A stretch of 63,187 bases of DNA, counting the filler, from Octopus bimaculoides (Eukaryota), in the NCBI RefSeq assembly GCF_001194135.2. It is 6 parts of 6 records of this genome, joined end to end, with 100 filler letters (N's around TTAATTAATTAA, not from the genome) between each part and the next. Parts side by side here need not be neighbours in the genome. Positions count along the whole stretch, not along the records: positions 19,349 to 40,522 come from NC_068982.1; 5 more parts are not named here. One strand, written 5' to 3'. The notes under the pieces were generated by a model. The model did not search any database. It was not told the origin of the DNA and worked only from the letters and a program-made list of their open reading frames with translations. Numbering within the stretch: the stretch's first letter is position 1; each line of letters starts with the position of its first letter. The position numbers were made by a program, and so were the translations under genes. Positions 24,251 through 37,975 of this stretch are shown piece by piece.

Positions 24251-25544
24251 ATAGAGATAATTTGTTTAATGGTTGGCAAGATTTATAAGAAATATCTATG
24301 CATTTAATCTTGTTTAACCCAATTGACTAAAGAATAGAATTGAAGAACACTAACATAATTATTGGCATTGCTGCTTAGTGTCCAGAATACTACATTATCC
24401 AATTTGTCTCACTCTTTTTAAGACTGTAAAGTGTATTTTGAGGGGAATTTAGCTGCTATTTCTAATGAGGAAAATGACCACTTGGAAAAGTGATCATTAA
24501 AGCAACGATGATGACGTCTGTATGAAAGATACAAAGAATAGAACTCTTGCATGTTACAATATTTTAAATGTACATTTACTATTCTTCAACATGTGCCATC
24601 CAAGCCTACTATTAAGAAATAAAGTAGGGGTAACTCATTAAGACAAGATAACAAACTAAACACAAAACGCTTGAATTGTGTTGTCTCTATTTTATGGAGG
24701 GGCTTAATTTTCATCAATAAACACAGTAGCAATTTCATTACTTGTAACAAAACTGCCTAATGTCAGCGCCTTGTTTGAAGTGCAGTCCGTATTTGCAGGA
24801 AGCTGTATTTTCTGTTTACTTCTTCAATCACTTGTCATTAGCTCTTTTAATCCATTTCAGAATGGTTCTGGGTTTTCCAATTTTAAAGCGTTCAAAGCTA
24901 AATTAAAAACATAGTGAGTTAGCAAAATTGTCAGGCCGTTCAATTAAATGCCTTGCAGTATTTGTTCTAACTCTTTACATTCTGAGTTCAAATCGTACCT
25001 AGTCCAGAGTGGTGAATTGCTGGGTACCTGTTCCAGGTCTTTGAATTTTGACAATAATACCTGAATGATATAATTGTCAAGCTGCATATGTAAATCTTCG
25101 CCTTTCCCTTAGTCCCTTAGACAATATTAATGTCACAGAAAGGGGAGACTTGCATGCATTGGTAACTAACGGTCTTCTTGTCTTTCATGTAAAACCTTAC
25201 CCAGACCAGATTGTTAAAAAGAAACTCCTGGAGTAAATCCATAGTTTCAGTAGACTTATAGAGGATCTGGATCTAAATTTAAATCTACCTTTGTTAAATG
25301 TCAGTTAGTTATTTTATATATATTACAATGACAAAGTAAAATTATATACTAATTATGTTATAAGCATTGGCCAAAAAACCCCAAAACTTGAGTTCTTCAA
25401 ATTAAGTCTACTGCACCACATGTATTCCCTAGACATTTCGCCCACCAGAAATTATGTAAACTTGTAACTGCAGCATTGAAAAGAATTAATCTAGTGTTCA
25501 TAAATTGTGATATAAAGTATAATAAATAGTTGTCAGTGACCCCT

Positions 25545-25875
25545 GACTGGCTCCCGTGCTGGTGGCAGGTAAAAAGCACTATCTGAACATGATCGATGCC
25601 AGAGCAACATGACTGGCTCCTGTGCAGGTGGCATGTAAAAAGTACTACTATCTGAATGTGATCAATGCCAGGCCCGCCTGACTGCTTCCTGTGCCAGTGG
25701 CATGTAAAAAGCACCCACTACACTCTTGGAGTAGTTGGTGTTAGAAAGGGCATCCAGCTATAGAAACATTGCCAGATCAAATTGAAGCCTGGTGCAGCCA
25801 CTGGCTTTTCAGACCTCAGCCAAACCATCCAACCTATGCCAGCATGGAAAACGGACGTTAAATGATGATGATGAG
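25545..25875 (+). mobile_element. Family D 3' tail with three tandem 66-bp units
   Basis: tgactggctcc units start at 25544, 25610 and 25679; ends ggaaaacggacgttaaa(tga)n. Confidence 0.85.
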
Positions 25876-26559
25876 ATGCAACATATCTAGAACTACATTA
25901 TCCCAAAATGTCCTTTCTTTTTTCAAAAAATATTCAAACCTTGAGTATGATTTAAGAAGGTTTGGTTGTTACTTCTACTTGGTGAATCAAGAACATACAA
26001 CCTTCATTATCATCTTTGTTTTAATGTCCACTTTTCCATGCTTGCATGGGTTAGATGGAATTTGTTGAGGCAGATTTTCTATGGTTGGATGCTCTTCTTG
26101 TTGCCAACCCTCATTTGTTTCCACACAAGATAATGTTTCCTCATGGCCAGACGTGTTTTCATGGATGACACCATTTGCATGGTGACATTCATTTTCAGTC
26201 ATCACATGACATCAAGATAAGGGTACACAAAACGTACATGAACTTAAAGATTGTTCGCTATTTAGTATATAATTTAGTTATTGTAGGTGTACTATTAATA
26301 CTGATACAAATATACATAGATTTATGTGTTTCTCGTAGTTTAATTTTAAAGTTAGTGTTTAATCCTGTCTATATTTGATTGAATACTGTTGTACATAGGG
26401 TAAATATGTTTGAAAGTTGTGTGTCTTGTTTTTTGGTATGTTTGTTCCCAAACAGCACTTCTTTTAGTGCCTTTGACACTGCTGGATTGAATGGCACTGC
26501 CCAGGTGTCAAAACCATAACGATATCCGTGGGGCAGCTGATGATGGAGGTATGTTGGAT

Positions 26560-26790
26560 TGTTAGTATGGCTGTTTGTGTGTATGCAGAATAGTGTTATA
26601 ACACATCCTTTTGATACAGAATACACCCACACACATGTGTGTGTGTGTGTTTAACAGTCCCACTACCAATCTTTTTCCACCAAATCCACTCACAAAGCCT
26701 GGTTAGAAGACACCTGCCTAAGATGCCACACAACAGGACTGACCCTGAAGCCACATGCTTGGGAGGTAAGCTTCTTAACCACATGGCCAC
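26560..26790 (-). mobile_element. SINE family C (5' half, decayed)
   Basis: ccaaatccactcacaaagcc...gaagacacctgccta...cttaaccacatggccac. Confidence 0.75.
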
Positions 26791-27384
26791 ACTAATTTAT
26801 ATCCCTATGTTCATTCCTCAGTAGCTCATTGTCGTGTACAGCAAAACTGCACACTTTTCTCTCTGTTGCAAACAGAAAAAGAAAAGAAAAAGTATAAAAG
26901 AAAAATTAGACATGAATAAAAAAAGTGGTTAAAAGTTGAGACATAAAACATAAGCAAATAAAATGATACATTTATTTTAATGAAGCCTTTCGACCATAAC
27001 ATTCATAAATAGCATAACAAAAGGTAATTCAACTAATTATAAATTGAAGTGATGTCATGTTACAGTTGGGTGAGTAAAATACTGGATTTTAATAAGCTCA
27101 AAGTTTGAGGTCAGAAGTAGTTGTTGTTTAATCCCAGCCCAGCACTGAATGAGAAGACATACAATCAAAGACATTTTCCTCGTGAATCATTTCATCAGTA
27201 TATTTAAGATTATGCTTTTCAATGTGTCATTCCCTTTTTGACACATTGCCCAGAATTGTGCCTCAGAACATAACTTTCTAGGTGCAATCCCATGGTCATT
27301 CATGACCGAAGGGGGTCTTTACTCTTTACCATTTATCATGTAGAGCAATAGCTGTCTTCATTGGCATCTCCACCATCATCATTG

Positions 27385-27418
<34 letters not shown>

Positions 27419-29158
27419 TGCTTAACATCCATGTACCATGCTGGCATGGGTTTGACAGGAAGTAATGAGCCTTAGGACTGCATCATGCTCCAGTGTCTGC
27501 TTTGGCATGGTTTCAATGGCTGAATGTCCTTCCTAACATCAACCACTTCACAGCATGTACTGGGTGATGCTATTTTCATGTCACCAGCATTAGTGAGGGC
27601 TACCATGGAGTTTGTATGAGGAATGACTATAAGTGCACAGGATGATGTTATCTTTATGCAAGGAACCTGGTGGGAAATTACCCCATTCTTACTCACGATA
27701 GTTTCCAAATGTGCTACAAATATTTCTGAATAGCTATCTGCACTTGAGATGATAACAAAAATGTCACCAACGTAGATACATCCTCATCATTTAGCATCTG
27801 TTTTCCATGCTGGCATGGGTTAGACTGTTTGACTGGAGCTGCTGGTAAGCTGCACCAGGCTCCAGTCTGTTTTGGCTTGGTGTCTGTAGTTAGATGCCCT
27901 TCCAAATGCCAAGCACTCTGCAGAGTATTGTAGGGGCATTTTACGTGTCACCAGCATGGGTGCTTTTCACATGTCACCAGCACTGGCCATTCTACAATTT
28001 CACTCAGCTTCATGTGTCTTCTCAAGCACAACAGATCCCCAATAGTATATTTCTTTACTACTTGTAGTAAATGGTAACAAGGTAGTGAATTGTTAGAATT
28101 GTTGGAATGGTGGATAAAATGCCTTGCAATATTCGTTTTGACTCACTATGATCAGAGTTAAAATCCTGCCAAGGTCAACTTTGCTTTTCATCTCAGAGTT
28201 GATAAAAAAGTACTTATCCAAATTGCAGTATCTGTTCCAGCTCTTTGCATTCTGACAGCAAAGCACTGGTGCCAAGTTGTATCAGACCAAGTTGGTGGCC
28301 TTTCTTTTGGTCAAACATCAGTGGTATGGAGAGGGGAGATTTGCATGCATGGACAGCTGCTAATTTTTCTTAAAATACTTTTTTCAAGCCTGTGCATACT
28401 TATGCAGATACATGGTTAAACATGACTGATAGAGGCTATTCTTGTAGCAACGGTTCATATCCCATATAGCAGCAGCAACAATAGCAGTAGCAGTAGTTTA
28501 ACTTCAGATAGAGAAGGATTATGATCAAAGTGGCTCCAACCATCACAATCTTGTCTTTTTTATTTTTTTATATATATCAAAGAACACAGTCCTCTAGTGT
28601 GTCATTCGTGTTAAAAAAATGGTCAGTTGCAACTTGAGGGAAATCTGGTTGCTATTTCTAGCAGATCGTATGACCATATAAAGGCACTTTTATTAGCTCT
28701 TCATGTCTTATGTTGCTACTGTTAGTGTTGTTGTTTAACTTAAGGTCAACTTTGATTGAATAAACAAATGATCAAAAGCCTTCTGGTCTTGAACTATCTG
28801 TCTTATTTTTAAGCACAATGTATCTTTGACGACATCTTCTAATAACCATTTTTAAGATAGTAAGATGTTATTTGAGGGAAATTTGGCTGCTATTTATAGT
28901 AAGTTAAATGGTTACTTATAGTCAACTTGTAGGCTAATGCTGTGTTCAAAATACTTACACAATCTAGTTTTATTAATAACTGAAAGATTTATTTTACTTA
29001 AACGATGATGATGATGATGATGATGACTTAAGCTGTGTTTAAGAAAATGGCTTGAAAATGATGGTGTATCTTGAGAAAACAGATCCTGTGGAAAAATCTA
29101 GAATGAAATTAGTTTCTTTTTATCTTCTTAATCATTTGCTAATTTTCTTCAAATCCAG

Positions 29159-29212
29159 GGATGAAAAGTTATGATATAAATAACAACATAACTGAAGACC
29201 CAACCTCAACCC
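29159..29212 (+). CDS. Candidate coding exon start running into a 629-N gap
   Basis: Branch-like gctaat, acceptor ttttcttcaaatccag|gg, open frame MKSYDINNNITEDPTST up to the gap. Confidence 0.3.
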
Positions 29213-29841
29213 NNNNNNNNNNNNNNNNNNNNNNNNNNNNNNNNNNNNNNNNNNNNNNNNNNNNNNNNNNNNNNNNNNNNNNNNNNNNNNNNNNNNNNNN
29301 NNNNNNNNNNNNNNNNNNNNNNNNNNNNNNNNNNNNNNNNNNNNNNNNNNNNNNNNNNNNNNNNNNNNNNNNNNNNNNNNNNNNNNNNNNNNNNNNNNNN
29401 NNNNNNNNNNNNNNNNNNNNNNNNNNNNNNNNNNNNNNNNNNNNNNNNNNNNNNNNNNNNNNNNNNNNNNNNNNNNNNNNNNNNNNNNNNNNNNNNNNNN
29501 NNNNNNNNNNNNNNNNNNNNNNNNNNNNNNNNNNNNNNNNNNNNNNNNNNNNNNNNNNNNNNNNNNNNNNNNNNNNNNNNNNNNNNNNNNNNNNNNNNNN
29601 NNNNNNNNNNNNNNNNNNNNNNNNNNNNNNNNNNNNNNNNNNNNNNNNNNNNNNNNNNNNNNNNNNNNNNNNNNNNNNNNNNNNNNNNNNNNNNNNNNNN
29701 NNNNNNNNNNNNNNNNNNNNNNNNNNNNNNNNNNNNNNNNNNNNNNNNNNNNNNNNNNNNNNNNNNNNNNNNNNNNNNNNNNNNNNNNNNNNNNNNNNNN
29801 NNNNNNNNNNNNNNNNNNNNNNNNNNNNNNNNNNNNNNNNN

Positions 29842-29901
<60 letters not shown>

Positions 29902-30496
29902 TTCCACTCTATTAATTACCTTTGTTTTGTCTGCTTGTTCTCTGTTTATTTTGATAATTTAGCTCTGTTTCTCTACTCTAAAACAGAACACATTACTCAT
30001 TCATAGCTTTAGGCTGCTGTAAGAAAAAAAAAGTTGAACCTCTCTGATAAGGATATCGAAACAAAAAGTAAATAAATAAATAGAAATACAAATGAAATGA
30101 GAAATGAATAAATGAAAAACGAAAAAGTGAAAGTAGGAAAAAACAGAATCGAATGGGGATGATTGTTAATCATAAAACTTGCAAGATATATACATATATA
30201 TATATAAATGTGCATGTGTGTGTGTGTGTGTGTGTGTACACCTGTATACATATTGCTTACACTTGTGTGGACATCTTCAGTAGTTTATGGTGAATGAATT
30301 TCAATTGGCAATAGTGGTACAGTTGATTTACAGTGTTAACTTGAGAGGAAATACCAAGAGCAGATGAGATGAAACTGTAATTGGTTATCAATGATTTTGG
30401 CCAATGAACAGAAAGCTGATGACTTTGCTAGTTAGACGTGTAATTCAAATGCCATATGTTTGTGTATATATATATATATTATATATATATATATAT

Positions 30497-30529
<33 letters not shown>

Positions 30530-30654
30530 GTCGCACACACATATATATATATACACACATATAAATATATATTATCATTATCATCATCTTCATCATTTAA
30601 GGTCCGTTTTCCATGCTGACATGGGTTGGATGGTTTAACAGGAGCTGACCAGCT

Positions 30655-31250
30655 GAAAAGTTCCAGGACCAGTTATGTTTAAAAAGAAATAACTTATTTG
30701 TCTAAGTTTTAACATAATCTCTTGTGAAAGAGTCACCTTGTGCAGCAATACACTGGTCCCAGCATTCTTGCCAATTTTGGAATCTCACCTAGAAGTCATT
30801 TTCTGTAAGTGAGTCAAGGACCTTCTGTGATTCACTCTGCTTGGCACAGATTGACTGTAAGCTCTGCTGTGCATGCACACTAAGTTTTAACAGTCTAGCT
30901 CACTTCCGCTGTTTATAGCAGTGCTTGGAAAGAATGTGCGTAGCGTGTGATTGTCACATTGACCATGACAGAGAAATTTGTCATGGCAATACCTGCTCAG
31001 AGGCTGATGCAAAGTTGCAGAAAGTGTATGGAGAGGAGTGTATGAGCTGCACACAAGTGTACAAGTGGTTCAGATGTTTCCAAGTTGCGTTAAAAATATG
31101 TTGATATTGACAGACGTTCTGGAAGATCCACAACCAGCAGAACTGAGAAAAACATTACAGATGTGCATGCAGCTGTGAGAGGAAATAATTGAATCACCAT
31201 CTGTGAGTTATCAGAGGATGTGCAGATTAGTTACAGTTCAGTTCAGTGTT
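30655..31250. pseudogene. Mariner remnants: transposase 3' end (minus) joined to a 5' end (plus)
   Basis: Minus 30690-30850: FQNWQECWDQCIAAQGDSF. Plus 30960-31250: KLQKVYGEECMS...VYKWF...RRSGRSTTSRTEKNI. Confidence 0.7.
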
Positions 31251-33209
31251 GAGCAAATTTCTTTGAGGTTTGAATAATTGTAACAAAAGTAAAGTTTGAA
31301 GGAAGGAAATATTAGCCATTTTTCATACTTTCTAGGGGTAAACAAATAAGAAACTACAGTTGCTCCCCAGGGACAAAAATCATGTTACACAGCATTATTA
31401 TTATCATTATTGAGGTAGCAAGCTGGCAGAATCATTAACACATCAGGCAAAATGCTTAGCAGCATTTCGTCCATTCCCTTCAAACTTTTGTGACCTAAAT
31501 TCCCTTCAAATTTTGCTTTTTGTGATCTGGACATCGATCTTTTGAAACTGACCTATTTCCCATTACATTTCAGGCAGACTCAGCATTAAGTTGCTGAAGC
31601 AGAAATATTGTTATAGCAAATATTCAAATCAATACCACAGATTTGCTTGTCAGTTGCTTGACCTTAACCACTTGAGCATGTCCCTTAGTGACTGACAATA
31701 TGTGTGTCTCTGATCATGAGTAGGAGTAGTGGGGGAGCATCACAGCCGCCATGTGTAGAGCAGGTTTCTTTGAAGTTTGAATAATTGTAACAAAAGTAAA
31801 ATTTGAAGGAAATATTAACCAGTTTTCATACTTACTTGCAGTAAGCAAATAAGAAACTACAATTGCTACCCAAGGTCAAAAATCATATTAGACAGTGTCA
31901 TGAGGATGATGAGTCACTGTGTCTGGCAATAAATTGTAAAAGATTACATTTTAAATTGATTTGGTCACAGTTGAAATTTTGCTGTATTTATTACAGGAAT
32001 GCATCACAAGCAGTCTTGCATATTTGCTGTGCTTCAGTAAGCGTACATATAAATAAACAATTTACGAAAATATATTGTTACAATTAACCTACAACTACTG
32101 TCTGCTCTGTTTATAATACGATACTCCTCAGGTGTAATCCATTATATCCTCTCCTATTCTTTTGGTGTTCATCTGTAAAATTATTGTCTTCTTGATCATC
32201 ATGCTCTGAATCATGTCTTATTCATAATTACTGCCTACCTTAACAAGTTGGATGATCATATATCACTCATATGGTCCATTTTTGGGCATGGTTTTTATAA
32301 CTGAGTGATCTTAACACAATTACTAAATGTACTGTACTAGATATGCTTTAATGTGGCAGCATTAGTAGAGAGGCTGTTATGTACTTTGAAAGTTTAAACA
32401 ATTTTTTCAACTTTGTGTTGTCACTGCTCATTTACCAATCATTTTACACAAAGCACTGAGTATGTTTTTTTGTCACCAGCACTAATGGGGTTGCTATGTG
32501 CACTGCAAGACTAAAAGAGTCATCACTATTTTATGATGTCTCCATTCGTCCAATGCAACATGTCCATCAGAATAAACAGAAGAGATGGTAATGACAAACA
32601 AGTGGGTGAGAGGAACTGGAATATGATACGAGCAATAGGGAATGGGTAAGAACTAGAGGAGGGAATACTGAAAAGCAGACAGTCCTCGACAGAGAGTATC
32701 ATGTGAAGCCCTGACAGACTGGGGTGGGAGAGTGATAAATAGAGGGAGTAATGGGGGAAAGACAGTGATGGAGAGAGTAACAGAAAACAGGTAGTAATGG
32801 CAGAGAATAGTTAAAGAGAGGAGAGCGAAAAAAAATTGAGTGAAAGATGATAATAAAGATGTGCTTAATGTAAGAAAATAATTGGTGTCCGTCACAAGTA
32901 TCTTGAGAAAGAGTAAATGATAGCTGGCTGTGCAGAAATGGGTGGGAATAAAATTTTCTTTATCAAATAAGAAAAACTGCCTTCCATTACTTCCTTTCAA
33001 CTCACTTCTTACAAATATATACTTTTCTGAGGTTGTTCTCTATTTCCTTTTACTATATAACCGCTTCTCTTGTCTAACTGCATCACATCTAATTTGTATC
33101 CACATTACACCACCTATGAAAGGAACACCCTGCCAAAAACATTATAAACTCTGAGAGATTGATGTAAGCTACAGTGTGAAGACAGCTGGTAAACTAAAAC
33201 TTCAAATTC

Positions 33210-33615
33210 ACTCTTTTACTCTTTTACTCTTTTACTTGTTTCAGTCATTCGACTGCGGCCATGCTGGAGCACCGCCTTTAGTCGAGCAAATCGACCCCGG
33301 GACTTATTCTTTGTAAGCCTAGTACTTATTCTATCGGTCTCTTTTTGCCGAACCGCTAAGTGACGGGGACATAAATACACCAGCATCGGTTGTCAAGCAA
33401 TGCTAAGAGGACAAACACAGACACACAAACACACACACATATATATATACATATATACGACGGGCTTCTTTCAGTTTCCGTCTACCAAATCCACTCACAA
33501 GGCTTTGGTCGGCCCGAGGCTATAGTAGAAGACACTTGCCCAAAGTGCCACGCAGTGGGACTGAACCCGGAACCATGTGGTTAGTAAGCAAGCTACTTAC
33601 CACACAGCCACTCCT
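33210..33615 (-). mobile_element. SINE family C, full length and young (CORE-like central domain)
   Basis: Box A tggctgtgtgg, box B ggttcagtccc, ggcactttgggcaagtg CORE-like segment, internal (TA/TG)n, (AAAAGAGT)3 tail; CpGs intact. Confidence 0.9.
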
Positions 33616-33822
33616 GTTAACTATTTCTGTATGTATATGTATATGTGTGTTCATGCGTGCATATGTACGTATGTGTGTGTGAGTGTGAGTATATGCATGC
33701 ATATATGTATGTATGAATGAATGAACCATACCAATTACTATGAATACGACTTGGTAATATGTACCATGTATTTATTAATTTTTAGGTCTCTATATAGTTG
33801 AACACAAGCACATACTACACAC

Positions 33823-34145
33823 TAGGGGTTCTCAACTGGGGCCCATGTGGCCCCTGTGTGTCCATATAAGATTTTTAGAGATCCATATAACAAAATAGTA
33901 AATTGTCTACAATAACATTTTTAAGGGCTCCTGAAAAAAAATGTATGTGTTAGTATGTATTGCAAGAAACATTTAGGTTTCTTTCTCTAACATTTTACAT
34001 AGTTCAACCTACACAAGAGCAAAAGAGGAATTTAGAAAGAAGTTTTTATAAAAATACTTTTTAGACATCGAATGGCTATGGGGGTCCACCAGAATAAAAT
34101 AGTAATCAAAGGGGTCCATAGATAAAAAGTGGTTGAGAACCCCTA
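33823..34145. mobile_element. hAT-type MITE
   Basis: Perfect 14-bp TIRs taggggttctcaac / gttgagaaccccta; 8-bp TSD ctacacac / atacacac. Confidence 0.85.
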
Positions 34146-34508
34146 ATACACACCTTCTTAGCTTTCCTATCCTTAAGCCAAGCAAAATTGTAAAAGTGAC
34201 CTGAGTGATTTGCTCAAAGACACAATAGCATACAGAGTCCAGGAATTGAACACACAACCTCATCATCATGAACTTAACATTCCAACCACTTGGCTACATG
34301 CTTGCACGTTATATATAGCTATGAATTTATCTGTCTACCTGTCCATCTATCTGTATATCTGGATGTATATGTATGTGTATGCATATAAATATAAACAAAT
34401 ACATAAACACACACAGAGGCACATAAATATATATGCATAGATATATATGTACATCTGTATGCATACATATATAACTATATACATAGATACACACAAACCC
34501 ACATTTGC

Positions 34509-34547
<39 letters not shown>

Positions 34548-34549
<2 letters not shown>

Positions 34550-34847
34550 AAAATAAGAGGAATGACCAGCAAATGTGGATTCCTAAATGCTAGNNNNNNN
34601 NNNNNNNNNNNNNNNNNNNNNNNNNNNNNNNNNNNNNNNNNNNNNNACCACGAAGAAAATATGTTCTCAGTAGAAAATTTAGCGACACAACAGACTGTAA
34701 ACAAGCAAGACAAATGAAAAAATACTAAATTAAAAAACGATTAACCTACGTACCATGGTTTCACCTGTTAAAACTTACATAAGTAAGTATCTGCAGGATC
34801 GTCAGCATTTAGGAATCCACATTTGCTGGTCATTCCTCTTATTTTTG
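34548..34847. mobile_element. Element with perfect 44-bp inverted termini flanked by TA (Tc1/mariner-type MITE or artefact)
   Basis: 34548-34591 is the exact reverse complement of 34804-34847; TA on both sides; an internal gap follows the left arm. Confidence 0.5.
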
Positions 34848-35482
34848 TATGTAATATAATTTTAATCTTCAGATTTTTTTAATATGCTAGACCACTGGTT
34901 TTAATTGATTAATATCAATTTCTACCCTCATTAATAAATTTATATATATATATATATATATATATAGATATATATCTGTATGTATGAATATATATGTTCA
35001 TTTATATATGTTCATATGTATGTGAAAATATATAGATACACACACACATATGTATGTATGTATGCATGCATGCATGTGCATATGTGTAAGTGTGTGAATA
35101 AATTACTTTAGAATTTTGTATGTAAGTTCTCTCAACTTAGACACATTTCTAAACAATTTGAGATGGATAACAGAGCAATTAAACTAGTTATGTATAGCTA
35201 CTGAGTTGAAAGAGGTGAGGTCTGTGTTGTTGTAAGCGTTCAATAATAAAGGTAGGTATTTGCTGCTTAATTTGGGGGAGACAGAAATCTGTATGAACAC
35301 TGAGCTGTAAATATTGTAAATAGCGACATGGTTGCTTGAGAGCCTGATTGGGTTCTCATTATTTGCAGCTGTATAACTTTCAATAGTGCTCACATACACA
35401 CTTGCATAAATATATAAATAATTATGTGTGTATGTCTGTGTGTATGTGTGTGTATATATATATATATAAGTATATATGTATG

Positions 35483-35513
<31 letters not shown>

Positions 35514-35839
35514 NNNNNNNNNNNNNNNNNNNNNNNNNNNNNNNNNNNNNNNNNNNNNNNNNNNNNNNNNNNNNNNNNNNNNNNNNNNNNNNNNNNNNNN
35601 NNNNNNNNNNNNNNNNNNNNNNNNNNNNNNNNNNNNNNNNNNNNNNNNNNNNNNNNNNNNNNNNNNNNNNNNNNNNNNNNNNNNNNNNNNNNNNNNNNNN
35701 NNNNNNNNNNNNNNNNNNNNNNNNNNNNNNNNNNNNNNNNNNNNNNNNNNNNNNNNNNNNNNNNNNNNNNNNNNNNNNNNNNNNNNNNNNNNNNNNNNNN
35801 NNNNNNNNNNNNNNNNNNNNNNNNATATATATATATATA

Positions 35840-36590
35840 CCAGGTGGTATCAAAGAGTTCCTGGACTAGTCATGTTTGATAAAAATAATTTATCTATTTA
35901 TCTCAGTTTTAACATCATCTCTTTTGAAATAGTCACCTTGCACAGCAATACACTGGTCACAGTGTTTCTCTCACTTTTGGAACCCAGTCTGGAAGTCCTT
36001 TTCCATAAGTGAGTTAAGGACTTCTGCAATCCATTCTGGATCTTGGACAATAGTCTTGGACAAAAGTGTCGACCTTTGAGCTGCATTTTCATTTTGGGGA
36101 AGAGATGGAAGTCTGCAGGTGTTAAATCTGGTAAATAGGGTAAGTATGGAAGTGATACCATGTTTTTGGCAAGAAATCTGAGCGAGGGGAGCTTGGTTAC
36201 TAGATGCATTGTTGTTGTGAAGAATTCAATTCTTTGTGCTCCACAGATCCAGTCGCTTCTGCCTTTGAAGCACCTGCACTACTTGAAATCATTGTGTATG
36301 ACTCATTGTCTTGTCACTGTAAGCTTGCTGAAGCATGTTCAATGTCTCTGTAGCAGACTTACCAAGTTTAACACAAAATTTCATGTTGGCTCTTTGTTCC
36401 TGTCCATGACAAAAATCACAGACTACACCATATATGTGACCACAAAAACACAAATTTCACAACTTGTGAAGTAAACACAGTGATATCATTCAGCACACTG
36501 CCTCATGTAGGTCATTGCTAGCTCTCACTCCACATGCAACCGTGTGCTGCCATCTGTTGGCAGATTACAGAACTTTTTGATATCACCTCA
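35840..36590 (-). mobile_element. Internally deleted mariner element
   Basis: Degenerate TIRs ccaggtggtatcaaagagttcc / gaactttttgatatcacctc; N-terminus EQRANMKFCVKLGKSATETL; C-terminus PYLPDLTPADFHLFPKMK and QGDYF-type end; catalytic middle absent. Confidence 0.85.
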
Positions 36591-37789
36591 TGGTCATTTC
36601 ATCATGTTGAACCATTAATCCCTACATGTTTTGTGTCTCTCCCCATTTTTTTTCATTCTCTCTCCATTTTTCCTCTCAATCCTTTCTCATGAAGAGTGTA
36701 GGCTTGAAAAGGTAGTAAGTGGCAGAATTGTTAGCACTCCAAGCAAAATGCTTGTCTTTACATTCTGAGTTCAAATTCCATTGAAGTTGACTTTGCTTTT
36801 CATCCTTCTGGGGTTGATAAAATAAGTATCATTTGGCACTGGGGTCAGTGTAATCTACTTATGCCCTCCCTTAACCTGCTGGCCATAACTAGTCGAACAT
36901 GTCCCTTAGAAGCTGATGATATGTGCATCTTTGATCATGAGCAGGGCTAGTAAAAGGGAACACCTTAGCCATGTGTTGAGAGGGATTCTTTGGGGTTAGA
37001 ATAATTCACCTCTGGAAACATGGGTGTTTCATTCATCATCGCCAACTCACCCTTATCAGATTAATAGTCATGATGGGTATATTTGTACCCCAGTGTCACT
37101 TTGATAGTGTGTGCTGCTCTCTCACTCAGTAACAATAATAATAATAGTAATAATAATAATTTATAAAAACTGCTGTAATTCTTCATGAAAGTAAATAGAC
37201 AATAAGAAGAGCACAATGCATTTTGTAATAGAGATTGTTTATTGACTGGATTGAACAATATTTCAACAAATAGTCTGTAAATTGAAAATTGAAAAAAACT
37301 GCACAAGTATAAAAATTCAAAATATGAACAAGGAAATCCTTTTTAGATAAAATGACATCATCAGTTTTCACTTACATAACTGGTAACAAGGAAAAAGAAA
37401 TAGGAAAAGAAGAAAAGGAAGAAGGAAAGAAAGAACAGGACAAAGAATACTTGGTCAAACAGTTTTGTGTAAATATGATGAAATTTGCCTGTCATTTTAT
37501 TCATTCCTCCAGTACGTGATGTTAGTAATTCACAAATATATTTGTCGTCATGTATTTTGAGAACTGAAAGTCTGGTAGAGTCAGAATATTTTTTGAGAAT
37601 GTGCAGTTTCAAGTGTTTGTCAAAATTACAGTCACTTAATGTAAAATGTTCAGCAAGTTCCATCAAACTACTGCTATTGTACCTGATGTATGAATGTATG
37701 TATGTATGTATGTGTGTATGTATGTGTGAGTGTATGTATGTATGTATGTATGTATGTATGTATGTATGTAGAAATGAGTTGTGATATCA

Positions 37790-37975
37790 CTGGTGCTAAG
37801 CCATATCAGCGTTTGCCTTTCTCATGGATAACATTGGTAGTATGGAGAGGGGAAGCTGGTATGCATGGGCGACTGCTAGTCTTCCATAAACAATCTTGCC
37901 TGGACTTGTGCCTTGGTGGGGAACTTTCTAGATGCAATCCCATGGTCATTCATGACTGAAGGGAGTCTTTACTAT
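37790..37975 (+). mobile_element. SINE-like repeat family E (3' part)
   Basis: ggagaggggaagctggtatgcatggg...gcaatcccatggtcattcatgactgaaggg; related pieces at about 25100, 27250 and 28270. Confidence 0.6.

Noticed and set aside
31252-31898. About 140-bp diverged direct repeat 507 bp apart
   Set aside because: Old local duplication overlapping a dispersed repeat; no LTR or coding features between the copies.
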